Positions 12,131-25,257 of a DNA stretch of 64,000 nt are shown one piece after another. The DNA comes from Octopus bimaculoides (Eukaryota), in assembly GCF_001194135.2 (NCBI RefSeq), contig NC_068981.1, positions 98,062,931-98,126,930 on the forward strand, in the 5' to 3' direction. Every line of letters starts with the position of its first letter. The stretch's first letter is position 1. The position numbers and the translations under genes were made by a program. Below the pieces are notes generated by a model that made no database searches, had not been told where the DNA came from, and saw only the letters and a list, made by a program, of their open reading frames with translations.

Positions 12131-13293
12131 TAGAATAGCCTGTTTTAGTTTTTCTTTTATGTTTCTAGGTAAATGTGTATGCCATTTTGCACTGCACATT
12201 TTTACTTTGCTTTTGAGTTTTTTTTTTGTTTAATGTTCATATTTTTCTTTGTGTTTCATTTTGTTCTTGCAACCTGTAAATACAACACCAACACACACAC
12301 AACATAACCAAATATCTGACTATCTTAAAGGTAAGTTTGCCATTGAAAAATAATCTCAATATAAAATGATCTTTTCTTGTCTCTTTATAATTGCTAATAA
12401 GTAATTAAATAAACTGACAGCTTAACAAATTGTATTTAATGCATTACTAGATCTAACACAACACACACAGAATTAGAACATTCTTTCGACCAATATAAAT
12501 ACTATTTAGTACAAACACTCATAAAATAAAAAATTCATCAATAAAACAGTTTTCATAAGTAAACCAACCAGTCATACATGTACATCAGACGTTAGTGTAA
12601 CAATGCTCACTTCTCAACATTAATTTCTGACATCACTGCACTTTACCATAATAAATGTTTAATCATTAAATTGGGAAATTAAATGCAAATGAGTTTTAAA
12701 GAATTTCTATAATTACTCAATGCTATTAAGAATGGAACTGTTCTATCAATGAAATGTTTTCAAGATATTTTCAAGATATTTCTGGCTGTATAAATCTATA
12801 TCTCTCTATATATCTTATCTCTGTATCCATCTATTTTTCTATATGTATCTCTCTAATTCTGTCTATCTATCTATATCTACAGGTGACTGTGAAATTAAGA
12901 GATTTGATTTACTCAATGCTGTATACTCCTTCAGTGTTTAAATTTTCTATAAATCTACATTTCCTTTCATGGAACTATCACATGTCACTAAAATATTTAG
13001 TGATATTTCACTTAAAAAAAAATAATAATTCAGAGGTGAATTACCTGGAGAAATGGCATTTTATGAAAGCACAAACTTGCATTTGTTACATATCAAGTTG
13101 CATAAGGCTACATACCAAGTTACACAACTGTATACTTATGCTCTGAATAAATAGGCTGTAGAAACATGTGAATACCTTAAAATACCCTTTCATTTAATTC
13201 GAATTACTAAATGTAAACATAAAGGGTGTCCATAAATAATCTCTACAACTTCCACATATAAACTGGGGATATTTTAAAGATTATATGTGTATG

Positions 13294-13334
<41 letters not shown>

Positions 13335-13339
13335 GTACG

Positions 13340-13379
<40 letters not shown>

Positions 13380-13385
<6 letters not shown>

Positions 13386-13690
13386 GTAATCCCATAAATA
13401 ATATAGCATAAGCCAGTGTCAACAATGGTTCCAGAAATTCCGAACTGAAAACTACAGCCTAGAAGACGAACCTTGATCTGGAAGATCTGTAGAGCTCAAC
13501 GAGGACATCTTGCAAACCTTGGTGGAACAAAATCCCATCATAACTGTTGACGAACTAGCAAAGAAGCTTGGATTTGGTCATTCAACCATTCATCAACACC
13601 TGTGTGTCATCAAAAAAGTCAGCAAATTGGGTCACTGGGTTCCTCAGAAACTTTCCGAGTCTAATCGTGTGCAGAGAGTGAATGTGTGCT
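13380..13690 (+). pseudogene. Mariner (DD34D) transposase fragment, truncated by an assembly gap
   Basis: 13417 onward reads CQQWFQKFRTENYSLEDEP*SGRSVELNEDILQTLVEQNPIITVDELAKKLGFGHSTIHQHL...LGHWVPQKLSE (WVPHEL-type motif). In-frame TGA at 13474. A TIR-like attgggtaatcccataa follows the TA run. Confidence 0.88.
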
Positions 13691-14340
13691 NNNNNNNNNN
13701 NNNNNNNNNNNNNNNNNNNNNNNNNNNNNNNNNNNNNNNNNNNNNNNNNNNNNNNNNNNNNNNNNNNNNNNNNNNNNNNNNNNNNNNNNNNNNNNNNNNN
13801 NNNNNNNNNNNNNNNNNNNNNNNNNNNNNNNNNNNNNNNNNNNNNNNNNNNNNNNNNNNNNNNNNNNNNNNNNNNNNNNNNNNNNNNNNNNNNNNNNNNN
13901 NNNNNNNNNNNNNNNNNNNNNNNNNNNNNNNNNNNNNNNNNNNNNNNNNNNNNNNNNNNNNNNNNNNNNNNNNNNNNNNNNNNNNNNNNNNNNNNNNNNN
14001 NNNNNNNNNNNNNNNNNNNNNNNNNNNNNNNNNNNNNNNNNNNNNNNNNNNNNNNNNNNNNNNNNNNNNNNNNNNNNNNNNNNNNNNNNNNNNNNNNNNN
14101 NNNNNNNNNNNNNNNNNNNNNNNNNNNNNNNNNNNNNNNNNNNNNNNNNNNNNNNNNNNNNNNNNNNNNNNNNNNNNNNNNNNNNNNNNNNNNNNNNNNN
14201 NNNNNNNNNNNNNNNNNNNNNNNNNNNNNNNNNNNNNNNNNNNNNNNNNNNNNNNNNNNNNNNNNNNNNNNNNNNNNNNNNNNNNNNNNNNNNNNNNNNN
14301 NNNNNNNNNNNNNNNNNNNNNNNNNNNNNNNNNNNNNNNN
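13691..14340. other. Assembly gap (other gaps: 11352-11361, 22643-22722, 24677-24758, 27121-27130, 27580-27589, 32717-33403)
   Basis: N runs; the X-rich ORFs are artefacts of these gaps. Confidence 0.99.
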
Positions 14341-14376
<36 letters not shown>

Positions 14377-14758
14377 CAAAAGAAATAAAAACAAAAGAAT
14401 AAATCTTCCAACAATTTTACAATTCTACAAATAGAAATAGTAGCCAACACTAAATTCATGCAAAGTTTAGTCCGACAGCAGAATATCATGCATACATAAT
14501 GGCTAGGGAAATTAATGCATGAGAATAGATGTAAAAAATATAAAAAAAAGAATGAACATTACATTTTTGGTGAGATAAAAAAATATGTTCAATGTCATGC
14601 AAGATGTAAAAATCAATACAGAAATTCTCATATACAACAAAAGACTGTCTGATGTCTGTGAGATACAAGTGCTAAAAAGTGAAGTCGAAGGTACTTTAAT
14701 TTTTTTTAATTTTTTTTGTTTTTTTTTGTTATTCACACTTGAAAGAATTATAAGTACA

Positions 14759-15130
14759 TCTTTTATTTGTTTCAGTCATTGAACTGTAGCCATGTTAGGA
14801 CACTGCTTTGAAGGGTATAGCCAATCAAATCGACCCCAGTACTTATTTTCTAAATCTGGTGCTTATTCTATCAATCTTTTTCACAGAACCACTGAGATAC
14901 AGGGATGTAAACAAACCAACACCTACTGTCAAGTGGTTGTGAAGCAAGAGACAAACAAAACACACACACACACACACACAACAGGCTAGCAGATAGTTTC
15001 CATCTACCAAATTCATTCAAAAGCAGTGGTCAGCCTAGGGCTATAATAGAAGATACTAGGAGCCATGCAGTGGGACTGAACTCAAAACCACATGGTTACA
15101 AAATGAGTTTCTTACCCCAACAACCATACC
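14759..15130 (-). mobile_element. SINE family B
   Basis: Full motif order present. Confidence 0.85.
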
Positions 15131-15544
15131 TGTATGTATAATTACTAACATTTTTTTAGCGAAAACTCCTAAAGTAATCTAAAGGATCTCCAAAAGCAAC
15201 ATCTTTGCTAAGATGCTAAAGTGTTACTTTCTGCCATTTCTTGTCACAAATATCAAACCCAATCATATAAATCTCTTCAGATCAATGATAGAGGCACCTT
15301 AATTTGGTTTTATACTTACCAGAAATGGCTCCAGAGCCCTATTTTATGCATCAAGGCTTTTAAACACAAACACTTAAATGCACAAATCCCCCGTCTTGCT
15401 TGTCCCTTGATATTCAGGATACAATGTGAAGGTGGTGGTACATGCTTTGCCAGAGAAAATTACAGATTTCACAAGAAATTATAAGAGAACATTTTTTCTT
15501 TTTTTGCTGAGATATCAAAATTATGGTTTTGAATCCTGACTCAT

Positions 15545-15900
15545 CACAGTCATCGTCATCATTTAATGTCCAATTTCCATGGTAGCATGGGTTGGCAGGT
15601 TTGACAGGATCCATTGAGGACAAAAACTGCATTGAGTGCCAATGTTGTCTTTGGAATGGTTTCTATCGTTGGGTGCCCTTCCTAATGCCAGCCACTTTAT
15701 AGCATATACTAACTGGGTGCCTTTTTTCATGCCACCTCCACTAGTGAGGCTGCCCTACAGTTTGAAAGACCCACCACCACCACCACCACCAGTAAATGGG
15801 GCAGGATATCAGCTTCACATTAAGGAACAAGGGGGTTAAACTATGGGAAGAGATGGAGTAGGGGGGGGTGTCAGATCAGGTTCTTGAAGAGGATCTGCAT
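15545..15900 (-). mobile_element. SINE family C
   Basis: catcatttaatgtcc ... ggtgcccttcctaatgccagccactttatag. Confidence 0.7.
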
Positions 15901-16156
15901 GACTACTCACATTTAGTAGGAGAGAGGGAGAAAGAGAAAAGAAAAATGATCAGTAGATGTTAAGAGATAGATTATAGCAATGAGGTGTCCAGTTGGCCCC
16001 ACAAGGCACAAAGTGAATAGAAGTGGGTAGGTGCAAGACTGTAAAGGGAAGAGATGAGGGGACAGGGAAGCAGACTATAAAATTAAGGTAGCATTGAAGG
16101 GTGGATTACGTGTTTTGGTCATCTTTACTGATTTTCTGTAGATATAGCCAGTACTG

Positions 16157-16540
16157 GTGGAGGTGCAATGGCCCAGTGGTTAGGGCAGCAGACTCGCGGT
16201 CATCGGATCGTGGTTTCAATACCCAGACCGGGCATTGTGAGTATTTATTGAGCGAAAACACCTAAAGCTCCACGAGGCTCCGGCAGGGGATGGTGGTGAA
16301 CCCTGCTGTACTCTTTCACCACAACTTCCTCTCACTCTTACTTCCTGTTTCTATTGTGCCTGTATTTCAAAGGGTCAGCCTTGTCACACTGTGTCATGCT
16401 GAATATCCCCGAGAACTACGTTAAAGGTACACGTGTCTGTGAAGTGCTCAGCCACTTGCACGTTAATTTCACGAGCAGGCTGTTCCGTTGATCGGATCAA
16501 CTGGAACCCTCGACGTCGTAAGCGACGGAGTGCCAACAAC
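16157..16540 (+). mobile_element. Full-length tRNA-derived SINE, family A, copy 3
   Basis: Same sequence family with CpGs retained. Perfect 11-bp TSD agccagtactg at 16146-16156 and 16541-16551. Confidence 0.92.
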
Positions 16541-17799
16541 AGCCAGTACTGACTTTGTTACGACATTTCATATCCAAGACATCAGGTGTAATTTCTATAG
16601 GAAATAAGTAGAGATGACCTTAACACATAATTCAAATGCACAGCTAACAGAGTAGTACATGGTATTGACTTATAAAAATGTTTAAAATACTTTGTGGCAT
16701 ATTATGGTTGCATAACGAAATACTGAGTGCCCACAAGTCATGAAGGGTGGAGGAATAATGAGCCACAAATTGGGAAAAGATAGAGGGATGCAGAAGAGAG
16801 GGGAAGAAAGCAGGATATCATCATCATCATCATCATCCTTTTATGATGGCAATAAAAATGAAGCTGACTTGGAACATACTTGCTTCATGTAACAGGATAT
16901 AGTTAGCATTCAATTTAAGGACAATTTCATTCAAAGCAGCACATTAAAATAGAATAATTCATACTTCCTAATTACATATCATTTAGCAATCCATTCCCCA
17001 ATGTATATAATTAATTAGTCATTTCAAGGCTACACTCAGTTTCTTTTAACTTCCTCTATCACAGTTTTAGATATATTCAAATACATTGCTTATTTAAAAA
17101 AAAATTTTTTTTTGTCTTTTCATGCATTCAGCAATACCAACCCCTTTAATTTACTCAGCCTGATCAGTTTGCTAATGCTGACTGATAGTTGTTTCCTAGT
17201 TCTACTTCCCTCAAAACACACACACACACACACCTACACAAAACTATGCACATTCACTAGGGTAGTGATAGTAACTCACAATCAATTACATCAAGCATAT
17301 GAACCATGTTTTTTTTAATAATTTTTATCTTCATGCTGTCATTATACTCTTAACATTTTGGGATAACTAATGCACTGTAAAAATCACTTGAACACCAAAT
17401 TCCACTCAAAGCAATAAAATAGGCTCCCTTGCAATTACTCAATCTGCTAAAATTGACAGTCAAGTCTTCTTCAACTTTGACCCACTTAGCTTGAAAATAG
17501 ATGACAACAATTATAACAATGACAATGACAACAACTAAACTATTTTTCATATACATATATCTTTGTAAGATGTTACATGGTTGAATTGCTGGCTCACATA
17601 TTGACTGGATCACATCCTGACTGAATCCAGTCAACATGTATTAATTACTCCACTGAAATGCATAAAATTACCTGATTTACAGGGTTGCATGTTATCATCA
17701 TCATCGTTTAACGTCTGCTTTCCATGCTTGCATGGGTTGGACAATTTGACTGAGGACTGGCAAGCCAGAAGGCTACACCAGGCTCCAATCTGATGCTTA

Positions 17800-18028
17800 T
17801 TAACCCTTTCGTTACCAACCCGGCTGAAACCAGCTCTGGCTCTGTCATACAAATCTCTTGTTTTCATAAGTTTTGAATTAAAATCTTCCACCAAACCTTA
17901 GTCACAATTTATGTTCCTAACACTAGCTGAATGATAACTAAGTTATTTTACTAAATTCTTTGTTATATTTAAAGTAATTGAAAGAAACACAGAGCATCTC
18001 AAAATAAATACAGTAACAAAAGGGTTAA
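17800..18028 (+). mobile_element. piggyBac-like MITE family F inserted in a SINE C
   Basis: TTAA TSDs at 17800-17803 and 18025-18028; TIRs ccctttcgttac / gtaacaaaaggg. Older copies at about 35023-35242 and 53760-54032, partial copy at 18113-18180. Confidence 0.85.
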
Positions 18029-18819
18029 AGTTAAAATTCAATTCTATTGTTAAACTATGAAAACTTGCTTTTGTGTCAAAAGATTAAATTATACTGATCT
18101 TTTTTCGGCTCATTAATCCTTTTGATACCAACCCACTTGAGACTACCCCTGATTCTATAATACAATCATCCTCTTTTAACCCTTTAGTATTCATGCAACC
18201 CTGTAAATCAGGGAATTTTATGCATTTCAGTGGAGTAATAACACATCCAGTCAGAATGTGAATACAGTAAATATGTGAGGAAGCAATTCAACCATGTAAC
18301 ATCTTTCAAAGATTTATGTATATATATATATATATATATTTGTATAATCGTATGAACTCGCATGTGTAGAATACAAATTTGCAACACTTTTCTGAAAATT
18401 GCAAAATAAAAAAGTTATGAGGAGGTTATATGGCGTGCATAAAGCAGAATTTCACAAATATTTCACTTGTTTACAGTTGACAACAGATACTGTTACGCAC
18501 AAAATGACAGCTTCCAAATCCTGCTTTCTGACTGGGTAAAAAATATCACTTTAGTGTTTAAACCAGTCAAATCCGGCCCAAATATTCTACGTTTTATATT
18601 CAAACTGGCGATATCTAGCCTCTCACACCTAACCTACATTGACATTCTAAAAATAAACAATCACATCACTGAAACCTCAAAGCTATAAGATAATGCATGA
18701 TTAATTCAAAACAATTTGAGTGAAAAAGTATTACATTTAACAGAGTAATCTGAACACTAAAGGGTTAAACTCCTGTAACTTTTTTTTTATTTCCAGAAAA
18801 AGTTAGATATCCCTGGAGA

Positions 18820-19230
18820 TTCATCATCACCGTTTAACGTCTGCTCTCCATGCTAGCATGGGTTGGACGATTTGACTGAGGACTGGTGAAACCAGATGGC
18901 TACACCAGGCTCCAATCTGATCTGGCTGAGTTTCTACAGCTGGATGCCCTTCCTAACGCCAACCACTCAGAGAGTGTAGTGGGTTCTTTTACGTGCCACC
19001 AGCACGAACGCCAGTCAGGCGGTACTGGCAACGGCCACGCTCAAAATGGTGTATTTTATGTGCCACCCGCACAAGAGCCAGTCCAGGGGCACTGGCAACG
19101 ATCTTGCTCAAAAATCCTTACACATGTCATGGGCACAAGTGCCAGAAAGGCGATACTGGGCACAAGTGCCAGAAAGGCGATGCTGGGCACAGGTGCCATC
19201 CCGATTTCGCTTTTGCTTGCCCCAATAAGT
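18820..19230 (-). mobile_element. Young SINE family C with RTE-type tail (catgctagcatggagagcagacgttaaacg-atgatg on minus strand) and internal tandem units
   Basis: CpG-rich. 27-bp unit tgggcacaagtgccagaaaggcgat(a/g)c x2.5 at 19130-19197. Older copies lie at about 8915, 9200, 15545, 17695, 45225, 54710 and 56820 (minus) and 32290, 34030 and 43845 (plus). Confidence 0.75.
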
Positions 19231-19569
19231 CTTCAGCATGGAAAATTACATCAATACACCAAATTTTAGAATTTTCATTAAAATTTGAAATTTCCACCAG
19301 TGCAGCCAAACAGAAAAGATTCAATTACACTAATGCATTTATTATGATAAGAAAGTGTATTTAGTAAATACAGCACTATTTCTTGGTCATCTGCCCACTT
19401 TCTCAATCAAAAACTCTCAAGTGAAACAGTGTACTGAAAGAAATTGTAAAACAACACAGAACTTTCAGTAGTTTCTAATCTTTCAGGGTTTGTAAATTCA
19501 CAACCTTCATCACAACATCCAGTCCTAGTTGCCATTTGGTTTTTTTTTTATGTACCACTCAATGACCCT

Positions 19570-19860
19570 GAGAGCTATGCTATTGGAGTGCAAACTCCCA
19601 GTGGGGCCTGCCAACCAAGACAGATTAGAGGATAAAGGCAAGACTAAAATAGACCACCTCTTCCTAGAAATAAAACAGGTTTGCATAGGGCAACACCTCT
19701 ACCCACCAAAAAGTAAAGTTACAGAAGCATTGATTACATTTCAAAACCAACAAAGCCTGGGAGAGCCAAAAATAACCCAGACTTGAGAACAGAGAAGAAA
19801 AATCATTGATGACCTATATTCCACGGGGAGTAGAAGGCTTGAAGAAGTAACTGAAAATTC
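19570..19860 (+). mobile_element. RTE-like remnant (5' UTR-like piece joined to a 3' end)
   Basis: ggtttgcatagggcaacacc and atcattgatgacctatattccacggggagtagaaggcttgaagaag resemble RTE termini. Confidence 0.4.
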
Positions 19861-22002
19861 ACATCCTACCAATATTAAATTGCTTTGACAAAAGACAAGC
19901 TGACATTGGTGTAAAAGGACATAGCTTGAATGGACCACAATGCCACTATGTTCTTTTTGTACAGTACGCCAAATTTATTTTTCATCTCATGCCCACACTC
20001 ACACACACATACAATCAAAGAGAGTTTAAAGTGACTGATGTTTGTCTGTGCAGGCAAGACTCGTATTATTTAGTGAAATTAACAAGAAGTTGCAACCAGT
20101 TTAGCAAATTTTGAGGGAAAAAAAAGAAAACAATCTATGTTGTGTCCTTTTAAATTTAAACTGAAGGATTCTATCCAAAATGCTGGATTTTCCACTTCTT
20201 ACAGCTTTTTGTGGATTTTACCACAAAAACACATCCCCCCCACACATATATATCCAATGAGCTCACACACAATTACTGTTTATTACTCAGAAGGATTTGT
20301 TTATTCAAGGTTACTAATAGAAGACACTTTTCTTAAAGTACTACACAATGGGATCAAACCTAGAAGCTATGTGGTTGCAAAACAATAAACTTCTCACTTA
20401 CAAAACCATACTGCATGGACACAATAATTACACTGTATAATATGATTTTGTTCTTGGGTAGCAATTGTTATTTCCTGTTTGTTTACCTCTAGAAAGTATG
20501 GAAAATTGGTAACTCCTCCAAACTTTGCTTTTGTAACACTTATCCAGACCCCAAACATTCCCCCTCAACACATGGTTATAATGCTTCCCCCACTACTCCT
20601 GCTCATGATCAAAGAGAGATGTACATATTGTCATCCACTAAGAGACATGCTGAAGTGGTTAAGGTCAAGCAAATGACAAGCAAATCTGTGGCATTGAGCA
20701 GAATATTTGCTATGACAATATTTCTGCTTCAGAAACTGAACTCTGAATCTGTTTGAAATGTAATGGAAAATAGGTCAGTTTCAAAATATTGAAGTCCAAG
20801 TCATTTCCTTTGATTTATAGATAGAAGCAAGTAAGAAAATAATAGAAGTATATAGGAAATAACATTTACTGATCAAAGACAAAAAAACTTTGTGTTACAT
20901 AAGCTTATTCATCATTGATATTTCTAATATATTCCAAATATTAGTCATTACTCATTACTCATTACTATGTTGTTGGATAACAATCTCATCAAAATGAAAT
21001 AGATCTTTCAGCAAAAGCTTACTACAGTGATCACATTGATATGCTCAACCACAACCTGCTTCTTCTTTTTTTTTCTTGAAACAAATTTTAATTCTATCTT
21101 CCACATACATTCTATCAACAACAGCAACAATAATCTGTCATTATAGTGAAAGTCTTTTTTTACACTCACTGTTGCACTGTCTATATACTGAAAGACATAC
21201 AGACACACACACACACACACAACCAAAAAGATAACTATGTGTATATGTATAATATATATACATATAGTAATTTTTTTAAAGTCTGTGTTGTATTGTGTTG
21301 ACAGACTTGCACTTAAAATTCCTGAGATTTTAATCAAAACTTGCTAGTTACAATGGTAACAACACTACCTGTCTATTTGTCTCTCTCTCTCTCTCTCTCT
21401 CTTTCTCACTGTATTTCTCTTTCAACAACAACTTTTTCTCCTCTTCTTCTAAGTATATGTCAACAGGGGTTATCTCCCCTTTTGATTCCTCCCCTTCTTT
21501 CCTCCCGCTAATAGATGTGATAGACAGACAGCTGGAGATCAGCTTCTCATTTATAATAGATTATAACTGAGGTTTAGCCAACCAACTGATACATTTATGT
21601 TCACCGTGAAGACTACATGTGACCAAATATCATTGCTGCTTTCCTAAGACTTAGAGACCAAGCAAAGAAAAGAAGTCAGAATTTCACAGGCCATTTCAAA
21701 CACTACATTTTCTAAGATAACCATCTATAAAGAGCTCTTTCAAATTCAAAGAATTCAATTTGCATTGATTTCTAACCAGCATAACTACAAATGTGTGCTC
21801 CACCAGCCTTGTTTCTTTATAACTTTCTGAAAAACAGGTATTTTCAATGAAATTTTCCAGAGATACATTTTAGATGGTGTACATTAGGGTTATATTGAAA
21901 TTTGTTATGAAAAAATGTTTTCAAGAGATGGAGACGAGTTTCAGATAATCCACACATCTCAAATTATTTCCCCCTAACTTTCTGAAATAACTTTTATTTT
22001 TT

Positions 22003-22222
22003 AGCTGTTTCAGTCATTAGACTGAGACCATGCTGGGGCACACTAGTTGTCAAGCAGTTGTGGGACAGATACACACAGTTTCAGTTTCTGTCTACCAAAT
22101 CCACTCACAAGGCTTTGATAGGCCCAAGGCTATAGTAGAAGACATTTGCCCAAGGTGTCACACAGTGGAACAGAACCTGAAACTATGCGGTTGGGAAGTA
22201 AGCTTCTTACCATACAGCCACA
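22003..22222 (-). mobile_element. SINE family B with internal deletion
   Basis: Tail and head present, middle missing. Confidence 0.8.
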
Positions 22223-22606
22223 ACTGTACTTATGGAAGCTTTCATTTTTGATAAAATTTTCTACAAATACATTTCAGACAGTTTATATTATGATTATGTT
22301 GAAAATCTGATGTGAAAAAATTTCTGTAATTCAAAGGCTCTGTTTCCAGCTCAGAATTGATTGTTTTGAACTTGAAATGCTATCAGCTCACAAGGTCTGC
22401 ACTCTTGTCATTAGCTGTTCATCATTCTTCATTAATTTTCAACCTGGATCATGCAAAAATCAGTCTACACAAAATGTGAAATCCAAACAAAATTGGTTAA
22501 CTTTAAATGATATCTTTCACTGAATACTCTTCTTATTAGTGTAGCATGAAATTTGTCAGTCAATATATACAAAGAATAAAATGGTTAGAATAATGATGTA
22601 TTTATT

Positions 22607-22642
<36 letters not shown>

Positions 22643-22723
22643 NNNNNNNNNNNNNNNNNNNNNNNNNNNNNNNNNNNNNNNNNNNNNNNNNNNNNNNNNN
22701 NNNNNNNNNNNNNNNNNNNNNNG

Positions 22724-22763
<40 letters not shown>

Positions 22764-23421
22764 TGTGTGTGTCATTGCTATCTAACCCCTTCTACATCGT
22801 TTTATTGATTTTCATGAAACTTGACACATGAGTAGAACTCCTGTCTGGAAACCTTGTGGCATACTTAAATTGTGAAAAATACCGGAAATATGGCCCCTGG
22901 AAGGGACCTTTATATCTAACTCATACAACTAAACCTTTTAAACACCCAAGGGGAATAATCCATACCACCTGCAGTTTTTAGCAAAGCAATCAATATTTGA
23001 TTCTCACGAGCAGCTGACCTAATTCTGTATTTCACTACTCAGTTTTGGACTGCTAAACATTATTATTGCACTTCCTTAATTTGAATCTCTTCATTCATAC
23101 ATTTCTATACATACATACTTTTTTGAATGCCCATTACTCTGATAATTCTGCATTTTTACAGTTACACTTTCTCCATGACAGTAGATGAATTTTTTCTATT
23201 CCACAACACATTTGTAGTGGTTTCATGCAGGCATAGCATGGATTTGATCCTCGATTGCCAAGTTTCACCTAACACTTCAACAGTGCTTTTCTCACAGTAA
23301 AACAATAGTTCTTCTGTGAATGACAACCTCTCTCCTCCAGCTGACAGTTTTTGTACTTTTTTGTGACAGAAAATACATCTTTTGTGACAGTTATAAAGAA
23401 ATTGCTTTCTTATATCAGCTA

Positions 23422-23455
<34 letters not shown>

Positions 23456-24294
23456 CCATTAATTTTATGACTAACAATGTTGTTGGTTATAGGTTCTCAT
23501 GGGCTAATTACTGGATTATATGATAATGTTATTTATTTTTAGTTTCATTTCAATCATGAATTTTGTAAACAATAGAATTGTTGGTTTAAGTTTCACATGG
23601 GTCAATTAATGGTTGAGTGCATTTAACCATTTAGAGTGCATTGCATTAATAATACACTATCTCATAGCACTGAGATTTCAATGATGTGATTGTTTATTTT
23701 TAGCATTACATTGTATTGCAGGTGTAGGGGGTCAAATCTGGCTGGTTTGAATGCAAAATAGGTAGAATATTTGGGCTGGATATAGCCAGTGTAAATATTA
23801 AAGAGCTATGATAGTAAGAGTAACAAGAGAGTGTCTGTGCAACTCAAGCAAAATAAAAATTTTTTTTAAAAAACAGTATTTGAATGCCCAGTTGATCGAT
23901 TTTCTCACTAACGTGTACATCTTTTGCCAATATACATCAGCTAAAGATGTAAATTAGTAAGAGAATACAAAGAATGTTTAATGATGGAAGTTTACTCAAA
24001 GGGATCAGGACCACCAAGAGTGCAGAAGAGATTGCCCAAAACACAGTGCTCTGCAACATGTCCAAATCTCCAAACAGGCCAATTCCACAGATGTAGAAAA
24101 TGAAAGACCTCTTTACAGGGACCCTGGAAATGACTCTAGAGATGCTTGTGTAACTACTGCTTTGCCCACAAGAAGTATGAATGACTATGGTTTGTTAGCC
24201 CTTTTTCTGTTGAATTATACTATCTTTGTTTCAGTTAATTTTGAAATTAATAAAGAATTAAGTAAAATAAATAAATAAATAAATAAATAAATAT

Positions 24295-24600
24295 AAACAA
24301 TTGCAGCATGGAAGATGTTTATAAGCCATTTAAAAACAAAAAAAAAAAACGTTAGATTCACTTCAACATTTAAATTTAATTTGTGTCAAAATATTTTCGT
24401 CACTTTGAAACCGTGACCTGTTCACTGACAAAACTTTGTGATACAGCATGAAGTTTTGTCAGTGAACAGGTCACAGTTTCAAAGTGCAGAACATATTTTA
24501 ACACAAATTAAGTTTAAATGTTGAAGTGAATCTAATGTTTTTTTTTTTTGTGTGTGTGTTTTTAAATGGCATATAAACACCTTCCACAATGCAATTGCTT
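24295..24600. repeat. Palindromic (foldback) element
   Basis: Arms of about 145 bp pair around a loop centred near 24443, e.g. gttagattcacttcaacatttaaa / tttaaatgttgaagtgaatctaat. Confidence 0.9.
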
Positions 24601-24774
24601 GTTTCAACACACGATCTCAGATCAAGTCACTTGCTATGCAAGTACATCTCCGTAATATATATATATATATTGACATNNNNNNNNNNNNNNNNNNNNNNNN
24701 NNNNNNNNNNNNNNNNNNNNNNNNNNNNNNNNNNNNNNNNNNNNNNNNNNNNNNNNNNATACATACATACATAA

Positions 24775-24816
<42 letters not shown>

Positions 24817-24919
24817 TTACACACAAAAACACAAACAATTAATAACTGAGTTTATTTCATCCATTCAATATATAGCCTAGCAGACTTTTGATCAAAAGCA
24901 GTCCAGCTGTCATTATCCC

Positions 24920-25257
24920 ATCATGGTTCAAGGTTCAATCCCACTGCATGGAACCTTGGGCACACATCTTCTATAGCCTTGGGCTGACCAAGGTCTTATC
25001 AGTGGATTTGTTAGGCAGAAACCAAAGGATGCATGCGTGCATGTCTGTATGTATGTCTGGATGTATATACTGATATACCTTTGTGTCTGTGTTTGTCCAC
25101 TATCACCACTTGACATCTGGTGTTAATGTGCTAACGTCTCCATAACTTAGCAGTTTGAGAAAAGAGACCGATAGAGCAAGTACTAGGCTTTAAAGAAATT
25201 CTTCAAGGCAGTGCCTCAGTGTAACAACATTCTATTGGCTGAAACAAGTAAAAGATA
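24920..25257 (+). mobile_element. SINE family B, 5'-truncated
   Basis: catggttcaaggttcaatcccactgc ... ctgaaacaagtaaaagata. Confidence 0.8.

Noticed and set aside
15208-15237. Minus-strand ATG GCA GAA AGT (MAES...) as SPPL3 exon 1
   Set aside because: The only GT is in phase 1, exon 2 needs phase 2, and the frame stops after nine codons. A similar MAE start near 53740 fails the same way.
18985-19200. Repeat-spacer-like units with a ggcac..gtgcc palindrome as a CRISPR array
   Set aside because: The units are head-to-tail without unique spacers, sit inside a SINE, and the context is eukaryotic with no cas genes.
23150-23420. Minus-strand words resembling a transposase N-terminal DLHA...YH..C motif
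   Set aside because: Several stops and only a few matching residues; not supportable by eye.
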